A stretch of 59,262 bases of DNA from a virus (taxonomy: Duplodnaviria > Heunggongvirae > Uroviricota > Caudoviricetes): the IMG/VR virus record IMGVR_UViG_3300027851_000011. One strand, 5' to 3'. The notes under the pieces are model-generated. The model did no database searches and was not told the origin of the DNA. It saw only the letters and a list, made by a program, of their open reading frames with translations. Shown here piece by piece: positions 36,600-46,713 of this stretch; position 1 is the stretch's first letter; each line of letters starts with the position of its first letter. A program made the translations under genes and the position numbers.

Positions 36600-38642
36600 A
36601 TGCCGTCCACCGTCCGTCGTTCTCTCGGTACGCGTGACTTCCGGGGCGCCGAGCTGCGTAACGCCCGTGTCCACATGTACCCGACCACCGTGGCGATGAA
36701 CGGCGACGCCGCGAACTCCACTGGCCGAATCGCCTACGCTGCTGACACCGAGCGGTTCTACTTCGGCGTCAACGGAGCCTGGATCGGCCTCAGCGTCGGT
36801 TCGCTGTGGGGTGATCAGGTCGACACCATCGCCAACCTGCCGCCGCTGGTCCCTGACGGCGAGGTCCGCATCGTCCTGAACGACGGCAGCGGCTTCGGTC
36901 CCAGCATCTTCATCTTCAATGGCACCCTGTCGACGTGGAGCCGGTGTGCTGATGTCCGCATCCTGCTGCATGACGGCTCGGTGGAACTCACCGGGCTGCT
37001 CACCGACGCCGATCCGGTCGCACACGTGCCGACGGCCGACGGTCACCTGACGCACAAGAAGTTCGTCGATGCCCAGGACGCTGCCACGCTGGCCGCTGCC
37101 AACGCGCACAGCGATGCTGCGGACGCGGCGCACGCCTCGGACAGCAACCCGCACCCGCAATACACCACCGATGCTGAAGCGACGGTCATCGCTGACACCG
37201 AGGCCGATGCAGCTGTCGCTCAGCACCTGATCGACGCTCCGCACACGCCGGGCGCCACCATCGACTCGCAGGCCGACGCCCGCATCGCGATCCACGATGC
37301 CGATGCTGCCGCGCACGGTGGCGTCGAGGCAGCGTTCGCTGCGCATGAAGCTGACACGGCTCCGCACGCTGCTGCTGGCTTCGCAACGGTCGCTGGCGTC
37401 ACGTCGAGCATCGACGGTGCCATCGGCAGCCACGATGCCAGCGCGACGGCGCACCCTGACATCCGCGCAGCGATCATCGCGGCATCGACGTCTGGCGCTT
37501 CGGGTGCTGGTGGCGGCGATCGCATGGTCGTCGTCGGCGGAACCACGGGCGGCGGCCACGGCTCGCCGGTCGTGCGCGACCAGTTCGTCTACGACCTGTT
37601 CCATCTCCTGACGGTCCCCGACAAGAAGCCTGACGGCATCATCGACTTCGTTTCGAACATCGTCGCGCTGTCATCGGCTCTGGTGTTCGCTGCCACGGAC
37701 AGCAGCGTCACGGTCGACAGCGGAACTGGTCTCTTCGTCAACGACTTCTTCAACCCTGGAACGGCGCTCAACAACCGCTTCTTCCGCGTCACGGCTGTCG
37801 TCGGCAACAAGCTGTTCCTCTATCCGACGCCAGTGGCTGAGACCGTTGGTGTGACGGCCTTCAACCGGATCTCTGGCGGCGCTCGCATCGTCCTCGGTGG
37901 TCAGTTCAACATCCAGCGCGCCAAGGCCGTCCAGTACGGTGTCGAGGCTGTCGTCGCTGACGGCGGCGATGGCAAGGCTGTCATCACGCTCGATGAACGC
38001 TTCTCGTACTACTACAACCGCAACCTGATCCCGGCGACAGGAGCTTCGGTCACGCTGGTTGGCCTCACGGCCAGCGCCGACGATGGCATCTACACGATCG
38101 CCAAGGTCGATGCTTCGAAGCGCGCGATCACCCTGACCACGGCGCTCACTACCGATCAGGCAGCCGCTGCTGGTCGCATGTCGCTGACGACCTCTGCGCT
38201 GGCATCGAACTTCCCGGCTGTCGCTGCGTCGCCGATCGACTTCTACGTCGATACCGGCGATGCCGCGAAGTACAGCCAGACGCCAGGGCACTACCGGCTC
38301 GGCCGTCAGGTCAGCAACGATCAGTTCATCGTCGCCATCGAAGAGGTCGGACGCACGGTGCACGCCACCACGCTGATCGCCAACTTCACCGAAACCGTCC
38401 ACGTCCCGAAGAAGACCTACTTCCTCGATTCGGCCGCCGGTGGGTTCACGCTCACGCTGCATGCCACGCCAGTCGAGTACGACCGCGTCGTCCTGAAGGA
38501 CATCGGCGGGATGGCCGGCACCTACAACATCGTGGTCAACGGCAACGGGAAGAACATCGACGGTTCGCCGACGGCACTGATCGAGTTCGATCGCATGAGC
38601 CTCACACTCGTCTACCTCAACGGTGCCTGGATCATCGAATGA
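36600..38642 (+). CDS. Fibre-like structural protein with His/Ala/Asp repeats, 680 aa
   Basis: GRIAYAADTERFY, HLTHKKFVD, repeated H-x(5-6)-H units, and a C-terminal FTLTL..TP...DRV..KD...NIVVNGNGKNIDG module. Confidence 0.65.
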   Translation: MPSTVRRSLGTRDFRGAELRNARVHMYPTTVAMNGDAANSTGRIAYAADTERFYFGVNGAWIGLSVGSLWGDQVDTIANLPPLVPDGEVRIVLNDGSGFGPSIFIFNGTLSTWSRCADVRILLHDGSVELTGLLTDADPVAHVPTADGHLTHKKFVDAQDAATLAAANAHSDAADAAHASDSNPHPQYTTDAEATVIADTEADAAVAQHLIDAPHTPGATIDSQADARIAIHDADAAAHGGVEAAFAAHEADTAPHAAAGFATVAGVTSSIDGAIGSHDASATAHPDIRAAIIAASTSGASGAGGGDRMVVVGGTTGGGHGSPVVRDQFVYDLFHLLTVPDKKPDGIIDFVSNIVALSSALVFAATDSSVTVDSGTGLFVNDFFNPGTALNNRFFRVTAVVGNKLFLYPTPVAETVGVTAFNRISGGARIVLGGQFNIQRAKAVQYGVEAVVADGGDGKAVITLDERFSYYYNRNLIPATGASVTLVGLTASADDGIYTIAKVDASKRAITLTTALTTDQAAAAGRMSLTTSALASNFPAVAASPIDFYVDTGDAAKYSQTPGHYRLGRQVSNDQFIVAIEEVGRTVHATTLIANFTETVHVPKKTYFLDSAAGGFTLTLHATPVEYDRVVLKDIGGMAGTYNIVVNGNGKNIDGSPTALIEFDRMSLTLVYLNGAWIIE

Positions 38643-39061
38643 CGTACATCAATCCCAAGTCTCGGCTCGTCGTGGTGGAAGAGGATGCTCCGCGCTGGCG
38701 GCGCTTCACGGTTCCGCACACGGCGCTGCAAGCAGCTGCTGCGCTCTACGACGTCGAGCTGTTCCAGCTGCCTGCCAAGCACGTCATCCAGGCTGTCCGC
38801 ATTCGGCACACCACGCCGTTCGCTGGCGTCGGCATCACGGCCTACACTGTCAGCGTCGGCATCATCGGCACGCTGGCGAAGTACGCGCCGGCCTTCGACG
38901 TGTTCCAGGCCGTCGGCGCCCAGCAGCTGAGCAACATCCCAGGAACGGAGAGCCCGACGGTCGCGACCTCGATTCGCATCGCTGCGATCTCAGGCGGGGC
39001 AAACCTCAACCTGTCCAACGCCGGCAACGTCGAAGTAAGCGTACTGTACGGAAAGTCGTAA
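38639..39061 (+). CDS. Hypothetical beta-rich structural protein, 140 aa
   Basis: ATGA overlap; tiles the operon. Confidence 0.65.
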   Translation: MTYINPKSRLVVVEEDAPRWRRFTVPHTALQAAAALYDVELFQLPAKHVIQAVRIRHTTPFAGVGITAYTVSVGIIGTLAKYAPAFDVFQAVGAQQLSNIPGTESPTVATSIRIAAISGGANLNLSNAGNVEVSVLYGKS

Positions 39062-39063
39062 CC

Positions 39064-39753
39064 GTGAGCACGTACGTCCCCAAGCCGCCGGGGGCGGGGG
39101 CCGTGTCGGACCCTGGAGTCGCCTGGGTCCCAGCTGCACCCGGCACCGTAGCCACCGCAGAAACTGACGTCACGTGGATCCCGAAGACCACGCCGAGCCA
39201 GCTGCAATCGGAGAAGCTGAATGAGCAGGATCTGCTCAGCGGCGGAAGCAACACGGAGTCCGAAGGCTCGCAGTCGTGGGTGCCCAAGGACCCGAACGCG
39301 CCGCCTGCGATCATCGACCCGTCGGAGTCGTGGGTCGCTGCCGAGAACGCGGTCGGCAACAGTGGGTGGCTCTCGGCGATCAACGACACTGGTGCTCTCG
39401 TCGTGCCCGGCATGCCGATCCAGCGCACGGCCAACGACAAGTTCGTGCTCGCACGCGCTGGCAGCGCACTGCTTCCGACCCTTCGGTGCCAGGGCATCGC
39501 GATCGAAGGGAAGCCACACGGGCACAAGACCAAGTACGTCTTCAACGGCCAGCTGGTCATGTCGAACTGGACGGCAATCACTGGCACCATGCTGCTGACG
39601 CCGGGCGCCATCTACTACCTGGGCGCTGTGCCTGGAACCCTCACGGAAACCAAGCCAGAGCGGCCGGACTTTGCCCTGTTCCAAGTGGTGGGACACGCAG
39701 ACGATGAGCGGACGCTAGACATCAATCCTGATGTCTACGAGGTGGATCTGTGA
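39064..39753 (+). CDS. Structural protein with W-V-P repeats and a capsid-cement-like C-terminal domain, 229 aa
   Basis: GTG 39064; GIAIEG...NGQL...LTPGAIYYLG..PGTLT, similar to the C-terminal domain of 41661..43751. Confidence 0.55.
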   Translation: MSTYVPKPPGAGAVSDPGVAWVPAAPGTVATAETDVTWIPKTTPSQLQSEKLNEQDLLSGGSNTESEGSQSWVPKDPNAPPAIIDPSESWVAAENAVGNSGWLSAINDTGALVVPGMPIQRTANDKFVLARAGSALLPTLRCQGIAIEGKPHGHKTKYVFNGQLVMSNWTAITGTMLLTPGAIYYLGAVPGTLTETKPERPDFALFQVVGHADDERTLDINPDVYEVDL

Positions 39754-40748
39754 CCCTTCCACGCCCGCTCGGACATGGCACACAGCGTCCCGTCGATGCC
39801 GGTGAAGGCATCGCGATCGAGCGGCTTCAGCTCATCCCGCTGCCGGCGCTGCCAGCCACCGGCGAGCCGCACCAGATCATCGCGCTCGAAGACGGCACGA
39901 TGTGGCAGTGGATCGACACGGCCTGGACGCCGTTCGGCGCTGGTAGCGGCGGCGGTGACAGCACGTTCGTCAACCCGAACCCGGTGCCATCGACGGTTGG
40001 CGGCATCAGTGCTGGTTCCACGTTCCCGACGCCGCAGACGATGCAGGCCATGTGGGACCTGCTGCTCTATCCGTATCAGGCTCCTGGATTCGGCAGCTTC
40101 GCGCTCAACGGGCACCCCGGAACCGTTGAGGTCGGCTACACGATCCCGACGGCAGTCAGCTTCTCGTGGAGCACATCGAATAGCGGCAACGTGCAGGCCA
40201 ACTCGCTGTCCATCGTCGACAACACGGGCGGAGGCATGCTGGGCGGCGGTCTCGCCAACGATGGCAACGAGAGCTTCACGCTCGCAGCTGCTATCCAGAA
40301 GCTGAGCGCCACGTCTCACACGTGGACGATCTCTGCGGTGAACTCGAAAGGCACAGGCTTCTCGCGAAGCTACTCGGTCTCCTGGCGGTGGAAGCTCTAC
40401 TACGGCATCAACGCGTCGCCAACGGTGACTGAAGCGCAGATCGAAGCCATGGCTGGGTCGCTCGCAAGCGGCTATGGTGGCACCTACGCGATGCCAGCAA
40501 CCGGCTACAAGTACATCTGCTTCGCTCACGTCGCTGGTGGTCAGATCAACAGCGTGAAGGATCAGCTCACTGGCTTCAACGTCCCGTTCGCCACAGCCGC
40601 CGACAATCCGGCGTACAGCAACGTCGATGGCGGCGGTTTCAGCTATGCTCTCGTTTCTGTGACGAACGTGTTCGGCGTCACCACCCAGTACCGCGTCTAT
40701 CGCAGCACCAACGTGCTCGGTGGAGCCGTGACCTTCGTGGTGACCTGA
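39750..40748 (+). CDS. Ser/Thr-rich beta-sandwich structural protein, 332 aa
   Basis: GTGA overlap; TVGGISAGSTF...MWDLLLYPYQAP...VEVG pattern seen in phage fibre-associated proteins. Confidence 0.65.
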   Translation: MTLPRPLGHGTQRPVDAGEGIAIERLQLIPLPALPATGEPHQIIALEDGTMWQWIDTAWTPFGAGSGGGDSTFVNPNPVPSTVGGISAGSTFPTPQTMQAMWDLLLYPYQAPGFGSFALNGHPGTVEVGYTIPTAVSFSWSTSNSGNVQANSLSIVDNTGGGMLGGGLANDGNESFTLAAAIQKLSATSHTWTISAVNSKGTGFSRSYSVSWRWKLYYGINASPTVTEAQIEAMAGSLASGYGGTYAMPATGYKYICFAHVAGGQINSVKDQLTGFNVPFATAADNPAYSNVDGGGFSYALVSVTNVFGVTTQYRVYRSTNVLGGAVTFVVT

Positions 40749-40749
40749 C

Positions 40750-41334
40750 ATGCCCATTCCAGGAACCGTACAGCTCACGGGCAAGATCGCGCCAACCGCG
40801 CTCTCTGACACGTATCCGACGCACGATGCGAACTTCGGCTACGGTGGCGTTCACCATGTCACGTCAATCGCCAACCGCGATGCAATCACGCTTCAGCGTC
40901 GCCGTGCTGGCATGCTGTGCACGGTCGACGGCGACCCGAACATCTACCGGCTCGAACTCGATCTCGTCACGTGGACCACGATCTCAACTGGTGGTGGCGG
41001 CAGTCCGATCCCGCAGCACGGAACCACAGCAGAGCGCGAAGCTCTTGGTGCCACGTTCAGCTCGACGCAGTCTGGCTTCCCGTTCTACGACACTGAGATC
41101 GAAGCGTACTACCTGTGGAACAACGACCACTGGGAAACCGCTGTCATCATGGGCTTCGGCCCGCGCATCCGCGAGTATGTCGGAACGCCTGCTGAGATCC
41201 TGCCGTTGAACTACCGGAAGGCCGATCGCTGGACGAACACGTCGAGCCCGTCGCTGTGCGTCTACGTCTGCAAGGTCGACGTGAACACGCACACCATGGA
41301 CGACTGGATCCCGCTTGGAAAGCAGGGCGTCTGA
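40750..41334 (+). CDS. Fibre-associated structural protein, 194 aa
   Basis: DTYPTHDANFGYGG..V.SIA.RDAI...RRRAGMLC.V; GTTAER...GF.FYDT. Confidence 0.65.
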   Translation: MPIPGTVQLTGKIAPTALSDTYPTHDANFGYGGVHHVTSIANRDAITLQRRRAGMLCTVDGDPNIYRLELDLVTWTTISTGGGGSPIPQHGTTAEREALGATFSSTQSGFPFYDTEIEAYYLWNNDHWETAVIMGFGPRIREYVGTPAEILPLNYRKADRWTNTSSPSLCVYVCKVDVNTHTMDDWIPLGKQGV

Positions 41335-41588
41335 TGCGCTACCAAGGCGGCAAACATTTCCTGGCTGTTCTCCCATGTGAGCTGCATGCCACGCTTCGAG
41401 CCGCAGCGAATGCAACGCGGACACGTGGCGTTCGCGCCAACATCAACCGCGTGATTGTCGAGGCACTTCTCGCGGTCTACTCGCCAAAGATGAAGGCAGA
41501 AGACGTCAGGGCTTCGCGTGACTTCATCGCTACCCACATGAGCGGCAAAAGGCCATCGAAAGCGAAGACTAACACTTTCCACAGGTGA
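41334..41588 (+). CDS. Ribbon-helix-helix (Arc/HicB-like) DNA-binding protein, 84 aa
   Basis: TGATG coupling; KHFLAVLPCELHATLRAAA...NINRVIVEAL. Confidence 0.55.
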   Translation: MRYQGGKHFLAVLPCELHATLRAAANATRTRGVRANINRVIVEALLAVYSPKMKAEDVRASRDFIATHMSGKRPSKAKTNTFHR

Positions 41589-41590
41589 TC

Positions 41591-41619
41591 TTGCTTGCTC
41601 GATCCCCGTTGGGTAATCT
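41591..41619 (+). promoter_or_regulatory. Putative promoter for an abundant structural gene
   Basis: TTGCTT-17 nt-TAATCT; AGGAG RBS before ATG 41661. Confidence 0.5.
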
Positions 41620-41660
41620 GAAGCCCACAACCCTCGTCAACATCCTCCCAGGAGTCAGTC

Positions 41661-43751
41661 ATGGCCAACCGCCGCGTAATGGTCGCCGTCAACGAGCTGG
41701 ACATTCACGACCAGCTTCCCAACGGCGACATCCTCGTCGACGATCAGGATCGTCGCTACCTCGTGGAGGGCGACACCTCCGGCCTCATCTCGCCGTACGC
41801 GACGCTGGCCGACGCGATCGCCGACACTGCCAACCTCGTGAACGGCCAGCTGGTCGTGATCGCTGGCGGCGCCGATGTCGGTGGCCTGCCGAACGACGAT
41901 CGCGGCATCTGGCGCGTCGTGTCCAACCAGGGTGCGGCCCGCGCCGACTACACCAAGGTGCTCGACATCACCAACAAGGCGAGCGAGCTGTACGTCGATG
42001 ACGTCGGCAACTTCTTCACCGGCACCGACGCCGAGGCGGCCCTTCAGGAGATCGGCACCAAGCAGGTCTTCTACAAGCTCGGCAGCCCGAGCCTGACCGG
42101 CTCGGTCAACGGCGCGACCTCGACTGCCCTGAACGCGGCCATCGCTGCGCTGGTCATCGACAGCGGCTCGCAGACCGACGCGACTGGCGCCGGCACCTCG
42201 ACCGTGGTCGGCATCGTGCAGGATGCGGCCTACTCCTACCAGATCCCCATCCGCAACGCCTCGACCCGCGACGTCATCGACGATGGCAGCGGCAACGAGG
42301 TCTATGCCCGCCTCAGCTGCCCCGGCGGCGTCTACACGCTGACCTTCTACAGCTACGTCGCTGGCGTCGAGACCGCCTACACCTTCGCGGCCCCGACCGC
42401 GATCGACATCGGCTACGTCCTGGTCTCGCAGGACTTCATGCGCCTGCCGGCCCACGCTGGCGTCGTCCAGGGTGAGTTCTTCGGCGATCAGGCTGGCGCC
42501 GTCGGCTCCGTCTCCGACACCCAGGTCAGCACCACCGGGCCGTTCAGCGGCCTGCTCAACGGCCTGACCACCCAGTCGGCCGTCAACGTCAAGGTCGACG
42601 AGCTGGGCCTGTCCGGCACCGGCCAGGGCGCCTCGCTGATCGCTCTCGAAGACGCCGCTGGCAACTTCGCCGTCGACAACGTCGAGGCCGCGCTCGTCGA
42701 GCTGAACAACCGCATCGGTTCCAAGATCGTCGACTTCACCTCGATCGCTGCTGCCCAGGCTGCTGCCCCGCACAGCATGGACACCTACATCGTCATCGAG
42801 GGCTCTGGCGACCCGACCGAGCGCGGCATCTGGCAGGTCACCAGCGGCGACGGCTCGAACAGCGGCGACTACACCAAGGTGCTGGACGTCAGCCACACCG
42901 CCGCCGAGGTGCTCATCGCCAACGTGAGCGGCAAGTTCACGGGCAGCGAAGTTGAGGCTGCCCTCGACGAGCTGATCACCGCGATCGGTGGTGCTTCGAC
43001 CACCAACCGCGACTTCAGCTCGAACGTCTACGTCAGCGACAACGACTCGCTGGTCGTCGCGATCGGCAAGCTGGACGCCGCGATCGGCGCCCTGTCCAGC
43101 GACAAGCTGCTCTCGATGGCCTTCACCGCCAACGAGGCGATTGCCGCTGCCACCAACGGCCCGCGCCTCGTCAGCCAGGACGGCGCTGCGTGGAAGGTCA
43201 ACCTCGCGGTCGCTGGCGCGACCGGCCCGAAGGTTGAGATCGTCGGCTTCGCCACCGGCGCCGACTACGCCGCCAACGCCGCGATCAACCAGGGCCAGGG
43301 CCTCGTGTCCACCGGCCTCCTGGGCGGCTTCACCGGCCTGACCCCCGGCGTCACCTACTATGCCGACCCTGCCTCGAACGGCGGGATCACCCCGACCGTG
43401 CCCTCGGTCGTCGGCCAGTGGATCATCCCCGTCGGCGTGGCCGTCAGCGCCACCTCGCTGCTCGTCCGCATCGGCGAGCCGAACGAGATCGTGCCGGCCC
43501 AGCCTGCCCTCCAGCGCGCTGTCCACTTCAAGTCCACTGCCGGCGTCGCCGGTGGCCTGGGCGAGACCGGCTACGCGGTCGCCGTCGGCGACCTCTGGAT
43601 CGACAACGACGTCGCCGTGCAGAACCCGACCAAGAACGGCCTCGGCCGCTACACGGTCTACGTCTGCAAGGTGGCCTGGACCGGCGCTGGTGCTGCCCTG
43701 ACCAGCGGCAACGTGAACACCAACTTCCAGTCGATCGGCAAGCAGAACTAA
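41661..43751 (+). CDS. Abundant fibre/decoration-like structural protein with an internal duplication, 696 aa
   Basis: Very strong C/G-ending codon bias and strong RBS; duplicated RGIW.V.S..G....DYTKVLD module; three (V/A)EAAL.E(L/I) repeats. Confidence 0.7.
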   Translation: MANRRVMVAVNELDIHDQLPNGDILVDDQDRRYLVEGDTSGLISPYATLADAIADTANLVNGQLVVIAGGADVGGLPNDDRGIWRVVSNQGAARADYTKVLDITNKASELYVDDVGNFFTGTDAEAALQEIGTKQVFYKLGSPSLTGSVNGATSTALNAAIAALVIDSGSQTDATGAGTSTVVGIVQDAAYSYQIPIRNASTRDVIDDGSGNEVYARLSCPGGVYTLTFYSYVAGVETAYTFAAPTAIDIGYVLVSQDFMRLPAHAGVVQGEFFGDQAGAVGSVSDTQVSTTGPFSGLLNGLTTQSAVNVKVDELGLSGTGQGASLIALEDAAGNFAVDNVEAALVELNNRIGSKIVDFTSIAAAQAAAPHSMDTYIVIEGSGDPTERGIWQVTSGDGSNSGDYTKVLDVSHTAAEVLIANVSGKFTGSEVEAALDELITAIGGASTTNRDFSSNVYVSDNDSLVVAIGKLDAAIGALSSDKLLSMAFTANEAIAAATNGPRLVSQDGAAWKVNLAVAGATGPKVEIVGFATGADYAANAAINQGQGLVSTGLLGGFTGLTPGVTYYADPASNGGITPTVPSVVGQWIIPVGVAVSATSLLVRIGEPNEIVPAQPALQRAVHFKSTAGVAGGLGETGYAVAVGDLWIDNDVAVQNPTKNGLGRYTVYVCKVAWTGAGAALTSGNVNTNFQSIGKQN

Positions 43752-43810
43752 GTTCTGCGGGACAACTGACCACGCTGGCAGCAGCCGCTGCCTGACGGAG
43801 AAACCCAGCA

Positions 43811-43850
43811 CCGCCTCACCCGCACTCTAGCTGGTGAGGCGGCTGCCTTT
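43811..43850 (+). terminator. Possible intrinsic terminator
   Basis: CCGCCTCACC (43811-43820) pairs with GGTGAGGCGG (43833-43842), followed by CTGCCTTT. The U-tract is weak. Confidence 0.35.
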
Positions 43851-43865
43851 CACGCCGGAGCACAG

Positions 43866-44522
43866 ATGCCGCGCTTCTACATCTCTGACGGTCATGCCCC
43901 CGGACTGCGCTGCCCGAACGGCGAGTACGCCACGCGCTCTGGTCGCACGTCCGACGTCCTCAACGAAGCGCAGGCTATCATGCGTGGGCGAAAGCTCACC
44001 CCTACCGAGGCGCCTGTCGTCGTCTTGAGCCGCCTCGGACCGATCCTCACCGCCACCGACTTCACGAAGGTCGACAGCGACAACGACCGCGATGGCGCCT
44101 GGACGGTGTTCAGCGACGCACCATACGCAGACGCGGGGAACGGTGCCAACCATACCGGCAACTACTGGTATCCCAACGTGCTCGTCGGCATCGGTGCTCC
44201 GACGCAGATCTGGGTCGATCTCGGCGCGCAGCACAGCATCCACTACTACGACGCCTCCGCGAACGCGATTCAGTGGTATCTCGAAGGCAGCAATACTGGA
44301 ATGACCGGCCCGTGGACGATGATCGACAACCAGCACCCGCTCCAGCCTGGGGTTCTCAACTTCCGCGTCGACATCTTCGGCGGTGCGCGCCGCCGTACGC
44401 TGCCCGCGCCCAGCGCGCCGTACCGCTACATCCGTTTCAGCGTCACCACGGTTGGCCAGTACGACGGGGTTCAGCCGGCGTGGGGCCTGTCGATGGCGCG
44501 CATGCACCTTTACGGAGTCTGA
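43866..44522 (+). CDS. Adhesin array gene 1: shared N-module + discoidin (F5/8 type C)-like domain, 218 aa
   Basis: MPRFYISDG...DVLNEAQAIMRGRKLTPTEAP; IWVDLG...WYLEGSN...W...YRYIRF. Confidence 0.75.
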   Translation: MPRFYISDGHAPGLRCPNGEYATRSGRTSDVLNEAQAIMRGRKLTPTEAPVVVLSRLGPILTATDFTKVDSDNDRDGAWTVFSDAPYADAGNGANHTGNYWYPNVLVGIGAPTQIWVDLGAQHSIHYYDASANAIQWYLEGSNTGMTGPWTMIDNQHPLQPGVLNFRVDIFGGARRRTLPAPSAPYRYIRFSVTTVGQYDGVQPAWGLSMARMHLYGV

Positions 44523-44526
44523 TGCC

Positions 44527-45660
44527 ATGTCTCGCTTCTACATCTCCGATGGTGCGCGTCCTGGACGCCGGTCCCCGGTGCTGGACTATGCTACGCGTGT
44601 CAACGGAGTCGGCTCGGACATCCTCAACGAAGCCCAGGCCATCGCCCGTGGTCGCAAGCTGACCCCGACGATGGGGTCGCTGGCACCGATGCGGATCGAG
44701 CACGATCCCGGCGTCACGTATCGAAGCAGCGGCAACTACAACGGCGACTACGACCTCGTGAACGGCCGCCCGGCGGAAGAGGGGTCCTACCCGGCCACGC
44801 TCGCGTTCGACGACATCCAGGGGCCGGTGGACGCCAACAACTGGCTGTCTGCCCGCGTTGGCCAGAGCGTTCCGCATTGGATCGGTGTGGACTTCGGCGT
44901 CGCGCGTTCGGTGACCGGCTACGTCCTCAAGACGCGTACCGACAGCTATGCAAACCTCGTCCCACCGCGCAAGTGGATCGTGCAGGGGAGCAACGACGGG
45001 TGGGCGGGCACGTGGACGGACATCGACACCCGCACCTCGTCGTCCTACGACTGGGCCGCGAACGGGTCCGTCTACTCGAATCTCAACGCGTTGAGTGGAT
45101 CGTACCGCTACCTGCGCTTCTACTTCCCGGCCAACGCTGCGAGTGGCGGCTTCGACTGCATCAGCATGTCGGAGATCGAGGTATGGGGCGTCCCGCTCAC
45201 AGCGGCGCCGCCGAGCTATAGCTGGTACCGCTTCACATTCTCGGGAACGCCGAAGGCGCAGTTCGGCTACATCCCTGGGCAGAGTGGTATCGGCGCCCAC
45301 GGCTCTCAGAACGGCGGCGGTTCCAACCTCTTCGACACCGGGTTCATGTCAGACGCGTTCGGTGCGGGATGGACGAACGTTCCCGCCGGCCTGTTCCGCG
45401 ATACCCACGGCGCGCTTGCCCCATACAGCTACACGCCCTCGTGGATCAGCGTGCGGCTCACCGCGCCGGTGTCCGCGCGCTCGTTCCACATGGTCGAGTA
45501 CACGGCCGAGGGTGGAGTCTGGCGGTACACGCCGGGCGCAGTCCTCATCGAAGGGTCACTGGACGGTTCTGCCTGGAGTACGATCAAGAACGCCAACGGC
45601 GCTGACTTCGTGCTCGCTGGGACGACCAGCAACAGCTCTCGCTACTACATCAACGTCTGA
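44527..45660 (+). CDS. Adhesin array gene 2: shared N-module + discoidin-like domains, 377 aa
   Basis: MSRFYISDGARPG...SDILNEAQAIARGRKL; WIGVDFG...WIVQGSNDG...YRYLRF...EIEVWG. Confidence 0.8.
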   Translation: MSRFYISDGARPGRRSPVLDYATRVNGVGSDILNEAQAIARGRKLTPTMGSLAPMRIEHDPGVTYRSSGNYNGDYDLVNGRPAEEGSYPATLAFDDIQGPVDANNWLSARVGQSVPHWIGVDFGVARSVTGYVLKTRTDSYANLVPPRKWIVQGSNDGWAGTWTDIDTRTSSSYDWAANGSVYSNLNALSGSYRYLRFYFPANAASGGFDCISMSEIEVWGVPLTAAPPSYSWYRFTFSGTPKAQFGYIPGQSGIGAHGSQNGGGSNLFDTGFMSDAFGAGWTNVPAGLFRDTHGALAPYSYTPSWISVRLTAPVSARSFHMVEYTAEGGVWRYTPGAVLIEGSLDGSAWSTIKNANGADFVLAGTTSNSSRYYINV

Positions 45661-45667
45661 GGTACCT

Positions 45668-46711
45668 ATGCCGCGATTCTACATCTCTGACGGCGCCCGC
45701 CCCGGTCGTCGCACGCCGCGTATCGAGTACGCGACGAAGGCAGGCGTCGGTTCTGACATCCTGAACGAGGCACAGGCCATCGCACGCGGTCGCAAGCTGG
45801 TGCCTACAGAGGCCCCTGGCATCCCGCCTCCGCCGGCATTCCGTTACTGGCGCGTGCGCCCGACCGTGCTGCTGAATGGCACTGGCAGTCCCATTGCGTG
45901 GCTGCTCGGCGAGCTGCGCATGTTCAACGTCAGTGACGTCAACGTCGCCATGACGGCGACGCGCATGATGTCCGGCGCCCCTGCATGGGGATCGCTGACC
46001 TCACTGAACGACGGCGTCCTCACTGGCGGTGTCGCGTCGCCTGAGCACGCCAACCGCGACTGCACCGCCGAGTGGTTCGGCTATGACTTCGGGGCGCCCA
46101 TCTCGATCTACCGCGTCGAGGCAAACAACTACACCGGGAGCAGCGCGTACTCTGTGTCAGCGTTCGACATCGAGGGCAGCAACAACGGGACCACCTGGGA
46201 ACTCGTGCGTTCTGGTACTGGGCTTCCTGTCGCTGCCGGATCCGTTGGCATCGTCTACACCACGGCTCAGGTCGAACCACCGGCCTACACCGGCTCGCTG
46301 CTCACACCGATCAACCTCAGTGGCCCGTCTGCACTCGTCATCAAGGGTGCAGAGTGGAACCCAGCCTGGGCCGTGTTCGATGGCAACGTCAACACGACGT
46401 GGTTCTCCAGCGGCAACGCTTCGATGACCTGGGTCGGCTACGACTTCGGCGCGTCCCCGAAGTCGGTCACGCGCTGGAAGATCTACGGGTCTGGCTCGCA
46501 CTGGCCGGCGTCGTGGGTCCTCGAATCGTCGAACGACCTCAGCAACTGGACTGTGGTCGACACTGCCACGAACCTGACGCTGACCTGGAACACGCGCACG
46601 CTGTCGACGCCACCGGCTGCTGCGCGCTACTGGCGCGTTCGCTGGACCGCGAGCCTCGACAGCGATCCGGGCAACTGCGAAGTCGGCGCACTCGAACTCT
46701 ACGGGAACTGA
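45668..46711 (+). CDS. Adhesin array gene 3: shared N-module + two discoidin-like domains, 347 aa
   Basis: MPRFYISDGARPG...; WFGYDFG...IEGSNNGTTW; FDGNVNTTW...WVGYDFG...ARYWRV...LELYG. Confidence 0.8.
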   Translation: MPRFYISDGARPGRRTPRIEYATKAGVGSDILNEAQAIARGRKLVPTEAPGIPPPPAFRYWRVRPTVLLNGTGSPIAWLLGELRMFNVSDVNVAMTATRMMSGAPAWGSLTSLNDGVLTGGVASPEHANRDCTAEWFGYDFGAPISIYRVEANNYTGSSAYSVSAFDIEGSNNGTTWELVRSGTGLPVAAGSVGIVYTTAQVEPPAYTGSLLTPINLSGPSALVIKGAEWNPAWAVFDGNVNTTWFSSGNASMTWVGYDFGASPKSVTRWKIYGSGSHWPASWVLESSNDLSNWTVVDTATNLTLTWNTRTLSTPPAAARYWRVRWTASLDSDPGNCEVGALELYGN

Positions 46712-46713
46712 GC

